DNA from: Mobula hypostoma
Taxonomy: Eukaryota
Length of the DNA stretch: 64,000 bases
NCBI RefSeq assembly: GCF_963921235.1
Contig: NC_086097.1
Location: 192,326,001 to 192,390,000 of the forward strand
Reading direction: 5' to 3'
This document shows, one piece after another, positions 24,726-36,845 of the stretch; the first letter of the stretch is position 1; each line of letters begins with the position of its first letter. The notes below the pieces were generated by a model that saw only the letters and a program-made list of their open reading frames with translations, searched no databases and had not been told where the DNA came from. The position numbers and the translations under genes are program-made.

Positions 24726-26370
24726 TAAGACCATAAGACAGAGGAGCAGAATTAGGCCATTCAGCCCATCGAGTCTGCTCCGCCACTCAATCATGGCTGA
24801 TCCTTTTTTTCCGCCTCCTCAACGCTATATCCAAGCCTTCTCCTGTAACCTTTCATGGCATGTCCAATCAAGAACCAATCAATCTCTGCCTTACAACCCA
24901 ACAACCTGGCCTCCACAGCTGCACATGGCAACAAATTCCACAAATTCACCACTCTCTGACTAAAGAAATTTCTCTGCATCTCTGTTTTGAATGGACACTC
25001 CTCTATCCTAAGGCTGTGCCTCCACTCTCCCACCATGGGAAACGTCCTTTCTACATGTGGTTTCAATGAGATACCCCCCTCGTTCTTCTAAATTCCAGTG
25101 AGTACAGACCCAGAGCCATCAAATGTTCCTCATATGATAACCCTTTCATTCTGGAATCATCCTTGTGAACATCCTCTGTTACTTCTCCAAAGCCACCACA
25201 TCCCTCCTAAGTTGAGGAGCACAAATCTGTACACAATACTCAAGATGAAACCTCACCAATACCTTATAAAGCCTGGGCATCACATCCCTGCTCTTGTATT
25301 CCAGACCTCTTGAAATGAATGCTAACATTTCATTTGCCTTCCTCACCACCGACTCAACCTGAAAGTTAACATTTAGGGTGTTCTGAAAAGGACTTCCAAG
25401 TCCCTTTGGATTTTTGGATTTTCTCCCTGTTTAGAAAATAATCCGCACATTTATTTCTACTACCAAAGTGCATGACCATGCATTTTCCAACATTATATTT
25501 CATTTGCCACTTTATTGCCCATTCTCCTAATCTGTCTAAGTCCTTCTGCACCCTACCTGTTTCCTCAACACTACCTGCCCCTCCACCAATCTTCACATCA
25601 TCTGCAAACTTGGCAACAAAGCCATCTACTTCATCATCTAACTCATTAATATACAGCATAAAAAGAAGTGGTCTCAACACCCTGCGGAACACCACAAGTC
25701 ATTGGCAACCAACCAGAAAAAAATCCTTTTATTCCCACTTGCTGCCTTCTTCCAATCAGCCAATGCTCTAACCACGTTCGTAACTTTCCTGTAATACTTA
25801 ATTTGGTAAGCAGCCTCATGTGTGGCACCTTGTCAAAGACCTTCTGAAAGTCCAAGTATACAACATCCACTGCATCCCCCTTATCTATCCTACTTGTTAT
25901 CTCTTCAAAGAATTCCAACAGGTTCGTCAGGCAGGATTTTCTCTTAAGGAAACCATGCTGTCTTTCTCCTATCTTATCCTGTACTCCATCACCTCATCCT
26001 TAACAATTGACTCTAATGTCTTCCCAACCACTGAGATCAGGCTAACTGGTCTATAATTTTCTTTTTGCTGCCTTCTTCCTTTCTTAAAGAGTGGTGGTGT
26101 GACATTTCCAATTTTCCAATTCTCTGGCATCATGCCAGAGTCCAATGATTTTTGAAAGATCATTGCTAAAGCTGCCACAATCTCTAAAACTACCTCTTTC
26201 AGAACCCTAGGGTGCCGTTCATCTGGTCTGGGTGACTTATATACTTTTAGGTCTTTCAGCTTTTTAAGCACCTTCTCCCTTGTAATGGTAACTGCAGCCA
26301 CTTCTCTTTCTTCACACACTACAACACCTGGTGCACTGCTAGTGTTTTCCACAGTGAAGAATAATGCAAT
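24726..26370 (-). mobile_element. 5'-truncated CR1 (RT to 3' tail)
   Basis: ORFs 25969-26352, 25646-25918 and 25366-25695 (FADDVK), 24791-25066; (GTCTTATG)n tail. Confidence 0.93.
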
Positions 26371-27928
26371 ATTGTCGGCTGTTCACTCCCTGTAGAATGT
26401 TGCGGACTCAATCCAAGACACCCTTGATCTGGCACCTGGGAGGTAAAATTCTATCCAGGTGTCTTTTTCACACCCACAGAATCTTATGTATGCACCTCTA
26501 ACTATAGAATTGGCTATTACTACTGTAATCACCTTCCCTCCACCCTATTTCCTTCAGAGCCATAGAGTCAGACACCTGGTTGCTGCGATTTCCCTTTTGT
26601 AAGTGGTTCCCCCCAATAGAATCCAAAGCAGTATACTTAGTATTGAGGGGAATGGACTCAGGGGTACTCTGTACTAGCCACCTGTTCCCTTTCCCTCTCC
26701 TGACAGTCACCCAGGTACTTGCATCCTGTAATTTAGGGGTGACTACCTTTCTGTAGCTCCTGTTTATTACCTCCTCATTCTCCTGTCTGAGCCGAAGGTC
26801 ATCCACCTGCAGCACTATTTCCTTAACAGTGTCTCTAAGGAGCCACAGCTCAATGCACTTCATGCTGATATATTTATCAAGTTATCCAGAGTTCCCACTC
26901 TGGACACATTCTCGGTACATTAGACAAAGAAAGAACTAAAATCTTATGAGAAACTTAGTTAGAACATCTACCTATGCTTGCCCAACCCTGTTATCACAGT
27001 AGCCTATTGTGCCAAAGCCTCCCACTCTAATACTATCTCTTTGCTGCTGGATCATTTCAGAGAAGGTGATGATCTCTTACTTTTCAAAAGCCTGTTTAAA
27101 TATGCTGTCTCACATCCTCAGCAAATGCTAAGTTCTCATGAACTTTATTCACAAATCTGTAACATCCATTCATCTTCCTCAGTTGCTTCCTCTCCTAGAT
27201 GTTCATTAACCCCACCTAGCCCCTGACCAATGCTCCATCCAAGGGTCTTTCCTGACCTAGCCCTGAACAGCATTCTTGAAAGACCAACATTTACAGCCTT
27301 TCACTATTGCTCTACAAAGAGAGTTAAAATTTGAACACGTAACTATGGGCTCAGAGTCACACTTATCGCAAGATTTTAGCGTGATCCACCTACCACTTGT
27401 TAGCTCTTGCCCCACCCTTTCTCCTCAACTATTTACACTGGTTATTTTCCAGTCCAGATGACTGGAAATGTTGACTGTTCATTTTCTTCTGCAGAGGCTG
27501 CCTGACCCATTGAGTTCCTCCAGCAGTTTATATTTTTTCCAAATTCTAGAAAAATCTTTTTCATGAAGGGCATTACTGAGTGTGATGGTTTCTTGATTGC
27601 AATTACTGTTATTAGATTAGTTTTTATTTCAGATTAATTAAATTCTTCAGCTGCTATGGTGGCTATTTTATTTATATCACTAATTTCAAGATCCAAGTCT
27701 CTGGATGTTTAGCCTAATAACATAACCAGTATGCTATTTATTATTCCCATTCGGCTTATGATATGTGCTCCCCAAACTGTTGGAATTATCCTTTGTGTAA
27801 TTTCCAGCTTCGTTCCCTTCAATTATGTACCCAGCTCTTTGCAACACCCTCAGACCTTTGGAACAGTGCTCTGTCTCTTCTTTGCTGGTGAACGCAGCAG
27901 GCCAGGCAGCATCTGTAGGAAGAGGTGC

Positions 27929-27964
27929 AGTTGACGTTTCAGGCCGAGACCCTTCATCAGGACT
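27929..27964 (-). ncRNA. Minimal type I hammerhead ribozyme motif (one stem I mismatch)
   Basis: Minus strand AGTC-CTGATGA-AGGGTCTCGGCCT-GAAA-CGTC-AACT. Confidence 0.75.
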
Positions 27965-28264
27965 AACTGAAGGAAGAGTGAGTAAGGGATTTGAAAGTTG
28001 GAGGGGGAGGGGGGTGATCCAAAATGATAGGAGAAGACAGGAGGGGGAGGGATAGAGCCAAGAGTTGGACAGGTGATAGGCAAAAGGGGATACGAGAGGA
28101 TCATGAGACAGGAGGTCCGGGAAGAAAGACAAGGCGGGGGGGCGGGGACCCAGAGGATGGGCAAGAGGTATATTCAGAGGGACAGTGGGAGAAAAAGGAG
28201 AGTGAGAGAAAGAACGTGTGCATAAAAATAAGTAACAGATGGGGTACGAGGGGGAGGTGGGGCC

Positions 28265-28711
28265 TTAGCGGAAGTTAGAGAAGTCAATGTTCATGCCATC
28301 AGGTTGGAGGCTACCCAGACGGAATATAAGGTGTTGTTCCTCCAACCTGAGTGTGGCTTCATCTTTACAGTAGAGGAGGCCGTGGATAGACATGTCAGAA
28401 TGGGAATGGGATGTGGAATTAAAATGTGTGGCCACTGGGAGTTCCTGCTTTCTCTGGCGGACAGAGCGTAGGTGTTCAGCAAAGTGGTCTCCCAGTCTGC
28501 GTCGGGTCTCGCCAATATATAAAAGGCCACATCGGGAGCACCGGACGCAGTATATCACCCCAGTCGACTCACAGGTGAAGTGTTGCCTCACCTGGAAGGA
28601 CTGTTTGGGGCCCTGAATGGTGGTAAGGGAGGAAGTGTAAGGGCATGTGTAGCACATGTTCCGCTTACACAGATAAGTGCCAGGAGGGAGATCAGTGGGG
28701 AGGGATGGAAG
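28265..28711 (-). pseudogene. PLE C-terminus: Cys linker (CKRNMCYTC) plus GIY-YIG endonuclease, left arm
   Basis: Open frame within ORF 28265-28903; no natural start codon (5'-truncated). Confidence 0.9.
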
Positions 28712-28713
28712 GT

Positions 28714-29030
28714 ACTTCACCTGTGAGTCAACTGGGGTGATATACTGCGTCTGGTGCTCCCGATGTGGCCTCTTATATATTGGCGAGACCCGACACAGAC
28801 TGGGAGACCGCTTTGTTGAACATCTATGCTCTGTCCGCCAGAGAAAGCAGAATCTCCCAGTGGCCACACATTTTAATTCCACATCCCATTCCCATTCTGA
28901 CATGTCTATCCACGGCCTCCTCTACTGTAAAGATGAAGCCAAACTCAGGTTGGAGGAACAACACCTTGTATTCCGTCTGGGTAGCCTCCAATCTGATGGC
29001 ATGAACATCGACTTCTCTAACTTCGGCTAA
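28714..29030 (+). pseudogene. PLE GIY-YIG endonuclease frame, right arm
   Basis: Open frame within ORF 28677-29030; about 10 aa differences from the left arm by my count. Confidence 0.9.
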
Positions 29031-29318
29031 GGCCCCACCTCCCCCTCGTACCCCATCTGTTACTTATTTTTATGCACACATTCTTTCTCTCACTCTGCTT
29101 TTTCTCCCTCTGTCCCTCTGAATATACCTCTTGCCCATCCTCTGGGTCCCCCCCCGCCTTGTCTTTCTTCCCAGACCTCCTGTCCCATGATCCTCTCGTA
29201 TCCCCTTCTGCCTATCACCTGTCCAGCTCTTGGCTCCATCCCTCCCCCTCCTGTCTTCTCCTATCATTTTGGATCTCCCCCTCCCCCTCCCACTTTCAAA
29301 CTCACTCTTCCTTCAGTT

Positions 29319-29354
29319 AGTCCTGACGAAGGGTCTCGGCCTGAAACGTCGACT
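29319..29354 (+). ncRNA. Minimal type I hammerhead ribozyme motif (intact core)
   Basis: AGTC-CTGACGA-AGG(GTCTCGG)CCT-GAAA-CGTC-GACT: stem I AGTC/GACT, CUGANGA and GAAA boxes, stem II AGG/CCT, palindromic ACGT stem III, GUC cleavage triplet. Confidence 0.85.
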
Positions 29355-31005
29355 GCACCTCTTCCTATAGATGCTGCCTGGCCTGCTGCGTTCACCAGCA
29401 ACTTTGATGTGTGTTGCTTGAATTTCCATCATCTGCAGAATTCTTGTTGTTTTCTGTCTCTTCTTGCTGCCTTTGCAGATAATCAGACATAGGACTATGC
29501 TTTTCAGGTACTGCTCTTACTAAGCCAAATGTAGCTCGGGTATTTCCAGTAACAATCCCTCTCTAGTCAGCTGCCCCACCATCATCTCACCCATGCACAC
29601 AGTTATACTTTCTGAGTCTCTACAATCTCCCTTGCATCCCAGTTGAAATCTTTTATTCTTCCCTGTATTCATCTACAGGAGTGACTTTCTATCATTTCTA
29701 TATAATGTAATCACTGGAGAAGTTATCTGCCTTGCCCTTGTATCACCATAGACTTCATTCAAGGAATCCAGGGCTAATGCTGAACATACCCTGTGCTACT
29801 CCGAAATATACATCGTTCTGCATCTGCTTTGCATTGTGATGGAGATGTTGAGGACATTGGCTGATAGGTATAATTCTGTGCAAATGACTATGTCACTGTA
29901 CTCCTTGACTGATCTCTCAGACAGTTCTTTCAATTCCAGATGCTCCAGGAGAATATCTCAGGGTTGACTGACTAGCCAGTTTTGCCTTGTCATTTCCAGA
30001 TCCAGTGCAGAGTTCAGTACTGTGGCTATCCACGTGATCTTTTTATGTCAAGGATAAATGGAGCTTTGAACTTTGATATTATCTTTGGAGGAGATGGGAA
30101 AAGATATCCTATCCAGATGTCAGTTAAAAGGACTGATTGAATTTAAATGAATCCTGAAAGTATCAGTCTATGCTGTGAAATGACCACCATTTGTATTGAT
30201 TTCTTACCTTTCTCTTCATCCTTTTTGACCAATTTTTTAAATCAAGTATCTCCTGTGAGTTCAGTCAAGCTTTGCAGAACATAGCCCACCATTCTGAAGA
30301 ACCTGACTGGTGCATGAGCTGGAGGCCATCTCCAAATTTATTAAAACATTGGGTAGATGCATTGCTTTAGTTGCTTCACTTCAGGGCTTCATTTGTTCCT
30401 GTGTTTTTTCTTATGTATATGCCTGTTTTTTTTATTGAGGGCTTATTCATTGTTTCTGTGCAAGTAAGTACAGATATGCAAAGGAATTAGTATAGTTGGA
30501 CTGCCATAGCCTGAAGACATCATGCCTGCCACTTGGGAATCCTGCATGCATGTGCCTTTTGCAAATGACTCATTCCTGCCATCAAATTGCTTTTCTAGTC
30601 CACTCTTTAAAACTTCTTTCTATCTTCTAACCAAAACTGTTCAAGACCCAAAAGTATCAGAAACAATTAATATTTTATATAGAACTGAACAAGAACATTT
30701 TGTAAAGCCTTTGTATGCAGTTCTTTGTGCAACGTTGAGTCTTGTAACACCAAGTGACCAGACCCTTTTGTCCTTTTGTCTTTGCAAAGATGGCTAAGAT
30801 GCTCTATGCTAAAGACTTCTGGTTTAGTGCTGCATCTGTGAATCTGTAGAATCTGTGGTGGGGGGGGGGTGGTGTTCTGACAGAAGGACAGTTGAAAGGA
30901 TGAAGAGCTGACTGTGAAAGACAAAAGCTATTACTTGTTTGTTCTCCAGAACATTGTTTATGAGTTAGATTTCAAGAATTGAATCTACAGCTCACAATGA
31001 AACAA

Positions 31006-31320
31006 CAGCATAGTAACATATTGGGTAGCATAGCGCTTTACAGTGCCAGCAACCGGGGTTCAATTTTTGCCACTGTCTGCAAGTAGTTTATATGTTCTCT
31101 CCATGGTGTGGGTTTTCTCTGGGTGCTCTAAGGTCGATGGTTCAAGTTAATACATTGTGGTCATGTTATGTTGGCATTGGAAGCATAGAAACACTTGCGG
31201 TCTGCCCCCAGCACATCCTCAGACTGTGTGGGTCATTGACGCAAAAGATGCATTTCACTATACATTTCGATGTTTTGGTGTATATGTGACAAATACAGCT
31301 AATCCTTAACCTTCAATCTT
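31006..31320 (+). mobile_element. V-SINE-like tRNA-derived SINE, decayed
   Basis: B box GGTTCAATT followed by V-domain-like AGTTTATATGTTCTCTCCATG..TGGGTTTTCTCTGGGTGCTC; LINE-like tail. Confidence 0.75.
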
Positions 31321-32640
31321 TCAGTATATAGAATACTGGTGAAGGACAAAGACAAAAATGAAATATACTTACACCAAATAATATAGTTCAATTTCAATAA
31401 TACAACCCTTAAAATAATATTACATGTTTTTTAAAACAAGTACCTGTTTACTTGAATGCTCTTTTTCATTGATGTTGGTATTTGGTGTGGCTATTGCAAA
31501 TTCATGCTTCAGTAGCTCTAGTATAGCTCAAAGATGGATCTGGTTCCATCTTCTTCATATTCTTTGTCTCGATGATGTATGATCTTGTTCATTGACTTTA
31601 TTGATGGCTTTAGCATTGTTTCATGTTGCCATACTGAGATGTGCAACTGCTCATTCTCCCCACAACTGAAATAATGATTTATCATAATTTTTGCTATGTT
31701 GGCTTCCTTTTATTTGTGCATCAGTCAGGTGTTGTCATACATCTTGTCTTGTGGAGGATCTAATTTCCCTGGTAAAATTGCCTTGTACTTCTGACATATT
31801 GTGCACGTAAATTCCGTTCCCTTGTTACCACTGTAGATGCTTTTGGTGTGTGCAGCTGATCCAACTTTGATTTTGTTTTCAATCTGTGCATGTCTCTTAA
31901 ACAGTTGAGTGATCCGTATTCAAATCCTCCCACAGCAGTTTTGAAATTTAAGTTAAGTGTATAATTTGGAACTTGGAAAATATAATAACTGGTTTTGGTT
32001 GTGGTGACCACAAAAGGTAACGTATTGTTGTTAAAACCCATTGATTTCACTCACTGATAGACTTCAGGAGAGGAAATCTGCCTATTTTACTTAATACGGC
32101 CAATATTTGTGTTTACTCATATATGGCATGATTGACTCTTAAATACCTTCAGAAATGGCCTAACCATTCACTCATTTGTAGGTGGCTCCCATTACCTTCT
32201 GATAGGCAATTAGGGATCCACAATAAATGCCCATGCTTGCCAATGACACCCAGTGCTGAAAATGAATAAATTATCAAAAAAAGTCTTGTGTATCTTTTGA
32301 AATAACTCTCCTTGCATCTCTTCAGGGTGTGAAAATTTCAGATCCAGCCAGCAGAACACTATCTTTCAAAGAGCTGTCATCTTTAATTGAGTAATGTTTT
32401 GTTGTTGGCTGTCTTTTATCTTTCCAGGCCTCCTCTTAATCACTTTCTGAGAGAACACCTGAAAGAAGATTTTCTCGGTGGTCTGTCTTTGCAATAAATG
32501 TTTCATTTCTTGCTCCTTTTGAGGGAACTATTTAGAAGTTCAACTGCCAGCTATATGTTACTTCCTGGTGTACGTTTCAGATGATCATCACAAGCCTGAA
32601 GCTTCAAGGGTAATTAATGAAATTTTGCTGGTGCAAAAAC

Positions 32641-32698
32641 CAGTACTGTGCAGAAGTCCGAGGCACATACGTGTTTCAGACCTTTGCACAGCACTGTA
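32641..32698. mobile_element. Tiny palindromic Tc1/mariner-type MITE, decayed
   Basis: CAGTACTGTGCAGAAGTC...GACCTTTGCACAGCACTGTA inverted arms. Confidence 0.65.
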
Positions 32699-33065
32699 GT
32701 AATCTTATGTATTGCAATGTACTGCTGCCACTAAAAAAAATTCATAATATATGCGAGTGATGATAAATCTGATTCTGGTATAGGTCTCTATCATGGACTG
32801 AGAGTGGGAATCATAGTTGGGAAAAGGGGAAGGAAGAGGGGAAGGAGTGGGAAGCATCAGAGAACCGTTCTGTAATGATCAATAAACCAATTGTTTGGAA
32901 TGCAATGACCTTGCCATGTGTCTGCAACCATTCTACTCTCCAGCCCCGGCACTCCTTCTCTGTCACCTGTCCCACACCCCTTCTGCGGCACTCCATCCTC
33001 GCCATTCCCAACATCCTTTGTTCCCACCGGAATTACAAAGGCGTTCTTCATTCCACATTGACAAA

Positions 33066-33136
33066 TACAGAACTGTGCAAAAGTCTTAGGCACCCTAGCT
33101 ATATATACATGCCTATGATTTTTGCACAGTACTGTA
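33066..33136. mobile_element. Tiny palindromic Tc1/mariner-type MITE
   Basis: 27-bp arms including TA flanks (24/27 match) around a 17-bp spacer. Confidence 0.78.
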
Positions 33137-34109
33137 GATTTTTGTAAAGAGTTTTACTGGGATTGATGATCAATTTCTTTACAGCAAGGTAAGTGTGGAA
33201 TTTCTCACATTTATGCAGAATAGTTCTTCTTATTTCTTATTTTGCTGGTCTCAGTGATTCGGATGCAAAGACTGAACATCTTACTATCTTGTATTAAACC
33301 CACCTTTTAGATGGTAATAGAGGCATCTATCTGAAAAATGACAGTTCCTTTTTCTATCTGCAATATGATAGGCTTGTGTCTGCACATTATTTCCTGGGGT
33401 TCATTGAAACTCGTTTTGTATGATTATAAAATCTGATAATCAGCATTTTCTTTCAGACATTCTCTTAAGTTTGTTTGTGATATGTAAGGAAAGAAAGAAT
33501 TTATCTTTGGATTAGCCATAGGAAACCTTTTAGTTCATACATATTCTTTGATGTTACAATTTTCTCAATGCCTGTTACTATTTTGGGACTTGGCTTCACT
33601 CCATTTGATGTGTATACCATTCCAAAAAAAACTAGTTTCATTTAGCAGCATTCAGCTTAAACTCAGTTTTTCTGATCTTTCCACGATTAGACAGAGATTA
33701 TAGTCATGTGTTTCTCATAGATCTAGGTGTCAGGTTCCTGATTTCTGCATTTTCTATAGGCTCCATCCATTTCCTGTTCGAACATTGAACACTGGAATTT
33801 ATACAATCAGGAAAAATTGATCATCAATCCAAATGTGAGTTAGTGCATTTTGGAAAGGCAAACCAGCGCAGGACTTGAATATTAGGGCACTGGATGCTGT
33901 AATAGAACAGAGAGGCCTAGGAGTAAAAGAGCATAATTTGTTGAATGCAATGTACTGTTAGGCAACGTGTTGAAAAACAGTGCTTTAAATCCTTTTCCTT
34001 TGTTCATTGGTGCTCATCACTGCTACCATGCTGTTTAGCTCTAGCAGATTTAGCTACTGGAAATGGGTGATGGATTGATTTCTCAGTCAGCATTAGGGTC
34101 CACTCCTAT

Positions 34110-36845
34110 TATCATGACCATCATGCAGTAGGACTTGCATCCACTGTGATAAAGTGCTTTGGCAGGTTGTCGAGAAACATATGTGACGCTCAGCTATATC
34201 GGCTCGTATTTATCTAGGGGAAACCCCGTCCGCCGCCCAACTGTGTCTCCCGGTTGCGTCAGTTGCTGTGCAATGCCACCTGGTTCGACCTCAAACATCA
34301 ATCATCAGACTGCACACAATGCACATTTTACAGATTACACTTTATAAATCTTACTGGGACTATGAGATTAATAGAGATACAATATTAAAGAAAAAGAAAA
34401 AGGCGCCAGACTTATCAAAGTTCAATTTCTTCGTGCGCACAGTTGGAGCTCAAATACCCGGGGTCTTCTCCCTTCACCCTGCGATCCACTCCGGCCCCCT
34501 CGACTCGCAGCTCGAGACCACCCAAGGTGATCGACCAGAGTGCTTCCAGTATGTCCATCTTACTCCTGGTCTCTCCTCAAAAGCCTGCCAAAAACACTGC
34601 TTCCCAGCCATATGAGACAGAATATCACCCCAAAAAGAATAACATGGACACCCATTGGTTCATTCTCTCCTTCTCATTAGTGATAACCCAAACAAGCTGC
34701 TAGCTGCTAGAAAAAGAATCACTGTCTCAGCAGTTAACATCACAGAGAAACCATTTTAATTATAACATAACAAAGAAGCCATTTTGATTAATGTACGCAG
34801 TGACATAAAAGAAGAAACCCCTTACACATATTAACTCCTGCCTGAGGAATGACTTGGATCCACTCCAGTTTGCCTACTGACACTACAGGTCAACGACAGA
34901 TGCCACTTCATTTCAGTTCTGGAACTTCTGGATAGTGAAGACGCATACATCGGGATGTTCTTTATTGACTACAGCTCAGCGTTCAACACTATCATCCTCT
35001 CAAAACTAATAATTAATCTGCACGACCTGGACCTTGATACCTCCTTGTGCAACTGGATCCTCAATTTCCTTACTTGCCCAGTCAATACAGATCAGTAACA
35101 TCTCCTCCACAATCATTATCAGCAAAGGTGCATCACACATCTGCGTGCTTAGTCCCCTGCTCTACTTGCTTTATACTTATGACTGTCAAGCTAAGTACAG
35201 CTCTAATGTTGTATTTAATTTTGCTGAAGAAGCCACTGTTTTTAGCCGAATCAAAGGTGGTGATGAATTGGCATTTAGCATGGAGATTGAAAGTCTGGTT
35301 GAACAGTGCCTCAACAATTGCCTCTCACTTAACATCAGAAAAACCATAGGGCTGATTACTGACTGCAGGAGAAAGAAACTGGGGGTCCATGATCTAGTCC
35401 TCATTAAGCAATCAAAGGTGGAGACGGCAGTAACTTTAAAGACTTGAGTACTATCATATCAGAGGACCTATCCTGGGACCAGCACATTTCAAAGAAAGCA
35501 TGCTGACACCTCTACTTTCCTAGAAGTTTACACAGATTCAGCATGTCACCTAAACCTGACAAACTTCTATAGATGCAAGTGGAGAGGATCCTAATTGGCT
35601 GCATTACACCTGGTATGGAAACACCAGTGCCCAAGAATGGAAAAGCCTACAAAAAGATCAATAGATACAGCCCAGTCCATCACAAGAAAAGCCTTCCTTA
35701 CCATTGAGCGCCTCTACAAGGAGCGCTGGCTCAAGAAACCAACATCTACTGTCTCATCAAGGACGATGCCATCATGAAGTTGGTATAGGAGCCTTTGGTC
35801 CCACTCCACCAGGTTCAGGAACAGTTAATGCCCTTCATTCACTTTCAGTATGGATAACTTCACTCACCTCAGCATTAAGCTGATCACTAAACACAACCTA
35901 CGGACCCTCTTTCAATGAGTCTACAACTCATTGTTTATATTATTATTATTTGTTTTGATTTGTATTTGCACAGTTTGTTTTCTTTTGCACATTGGTTGCT
36001 TGTTAGTCTTTGTTTATGTGCAGCTTTTCATTGATTCTATTATATTTCTTTGTTCTACTATGAATGCCTTTTCCCCTTTCAAGGTTCGTTTGAAGACTTT
36101 GACTTTGGTTCTTTAAGGGAATGGGGCCCGCTCTCAGGGTCTCACGACTGGCTGCCTTTCGATATGCGAAGGACGCGGTCCAGAAGGCTAACGCGCCTTC
36201 AGGCTGCCAGACTTTCGTGGCTCTGGAGGCAGGCTGATTCAAGGCTGGTGTCGCCGCCGCTGACTGATGTGTTGCAGGAAAACAAAGAAAATCAGAAGTA
36301 GTGGACTTGCTGTTGGCCACGTGCCCAGAGGCACAGAGCTTGGAAGAGGTGACACCACAGACATTTAACACCATAAATCAGCGAGTTGTCTTGTTATGTC
36401 TCCCCTCTCGCTGTAAAATGAGGATGCCTCTTTTTCCCTTGTTGGGGGAGAGAGGGAGCCTGTGGTATGTTGAATACAGGGTGAACGAGTAGTCTTTGGG
36501 GTGCTGCAAGTCTGTGTCTTTATTGATGTTTTGCTGCACGCTTGAGTGCTTGGTGGGGTGCACTGATGCTATTTTGCTGGTGTGGGGGGGTGTCATTGCT
36601 TTGCTGCTGCTTGTGTGTGGGTGTGAGGAATTGAAGGGGCTTTAGGGTTCTAACATTTAACTGTCATTCATTCTTTGGGGCACTCCTCTGTTTTCGTGGA
36701 TGTTTGCGAAGAAAAAGAATTTCAGGATGTATATTGTATACATTTCTCTGACATTAAATGTAGCTATTGAAACCTGTTGCAAATGAAACTCAGGGTAGTA
36801 TGTGGTGACATATACAGACACTGATGATAAATTTACTTTGAACGT
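34110..36845 (+). mobile_element. Rex1/Babar-like LINE (RT to 3' tail), interrupted by a solo LTR and an unclassified ~700-bp repeat (~36072-36775)
   Basis: [35 protein letters not shown] and FNFAEEATV (degenerate FADD); tail ATAAATTTACTTTGAAC. Confidence 0.88.
34182..34826. mobile_element. Solo LTR (645 bp)
   Basis: TGTGA...TTACA termini; exact 4-bp TSD CATA (34178-34181 / 34827-34830); the interrupted Rex1 RT sequence rejoins across it. Confidence 0.85.

Larger units (their letters stand above)
22332..27060 (-). mobile_element. Fragmented CR1 (ORF2 22332-23375; EN start and ORF1 23980-24725; ORF1 N-terminal 26370-27060), interrupted by two insertions
   Basis: ORFs 22591-22785 (YLDFQKAF), 22904-23143 and 26498-26863 (WVTVRRGK..IPLNTKYTALD, CR1 ORF1). 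Assigning all pieces to one element is inference from collinearity. Confidence 0.75.
27883..29452. mobile_element. Penelope-like element (GIY-YIG type), inverted fold-back insertion
   Basis: Arms ~27883-28581 (-) and ~28714-29400 (+) are reverse complements; both encode VIYC..C..C..LYIGET..R..EH..HFN..E..G.N; exact 13-bp TSD TCTGTCTCTTCTT (27870-27882 / 29453-29465). Confidence 0.95.

Noticed and set aside
28265..28903. 212-aa ORF (and 28677-29030) as a host gene
   Set aside because: Chimeric read-through across the inversion junction: antisense PLE sequence fused to the sense endonuclease frame.
32326..33195. Possible exons from splice-like signals (acceptors near 32326 and 32427, donor AAG|GTAAGT near 33188)
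   Set aside because: No consistent open frame or recognisable protein; such motifs are expected by chance in 64 kb.
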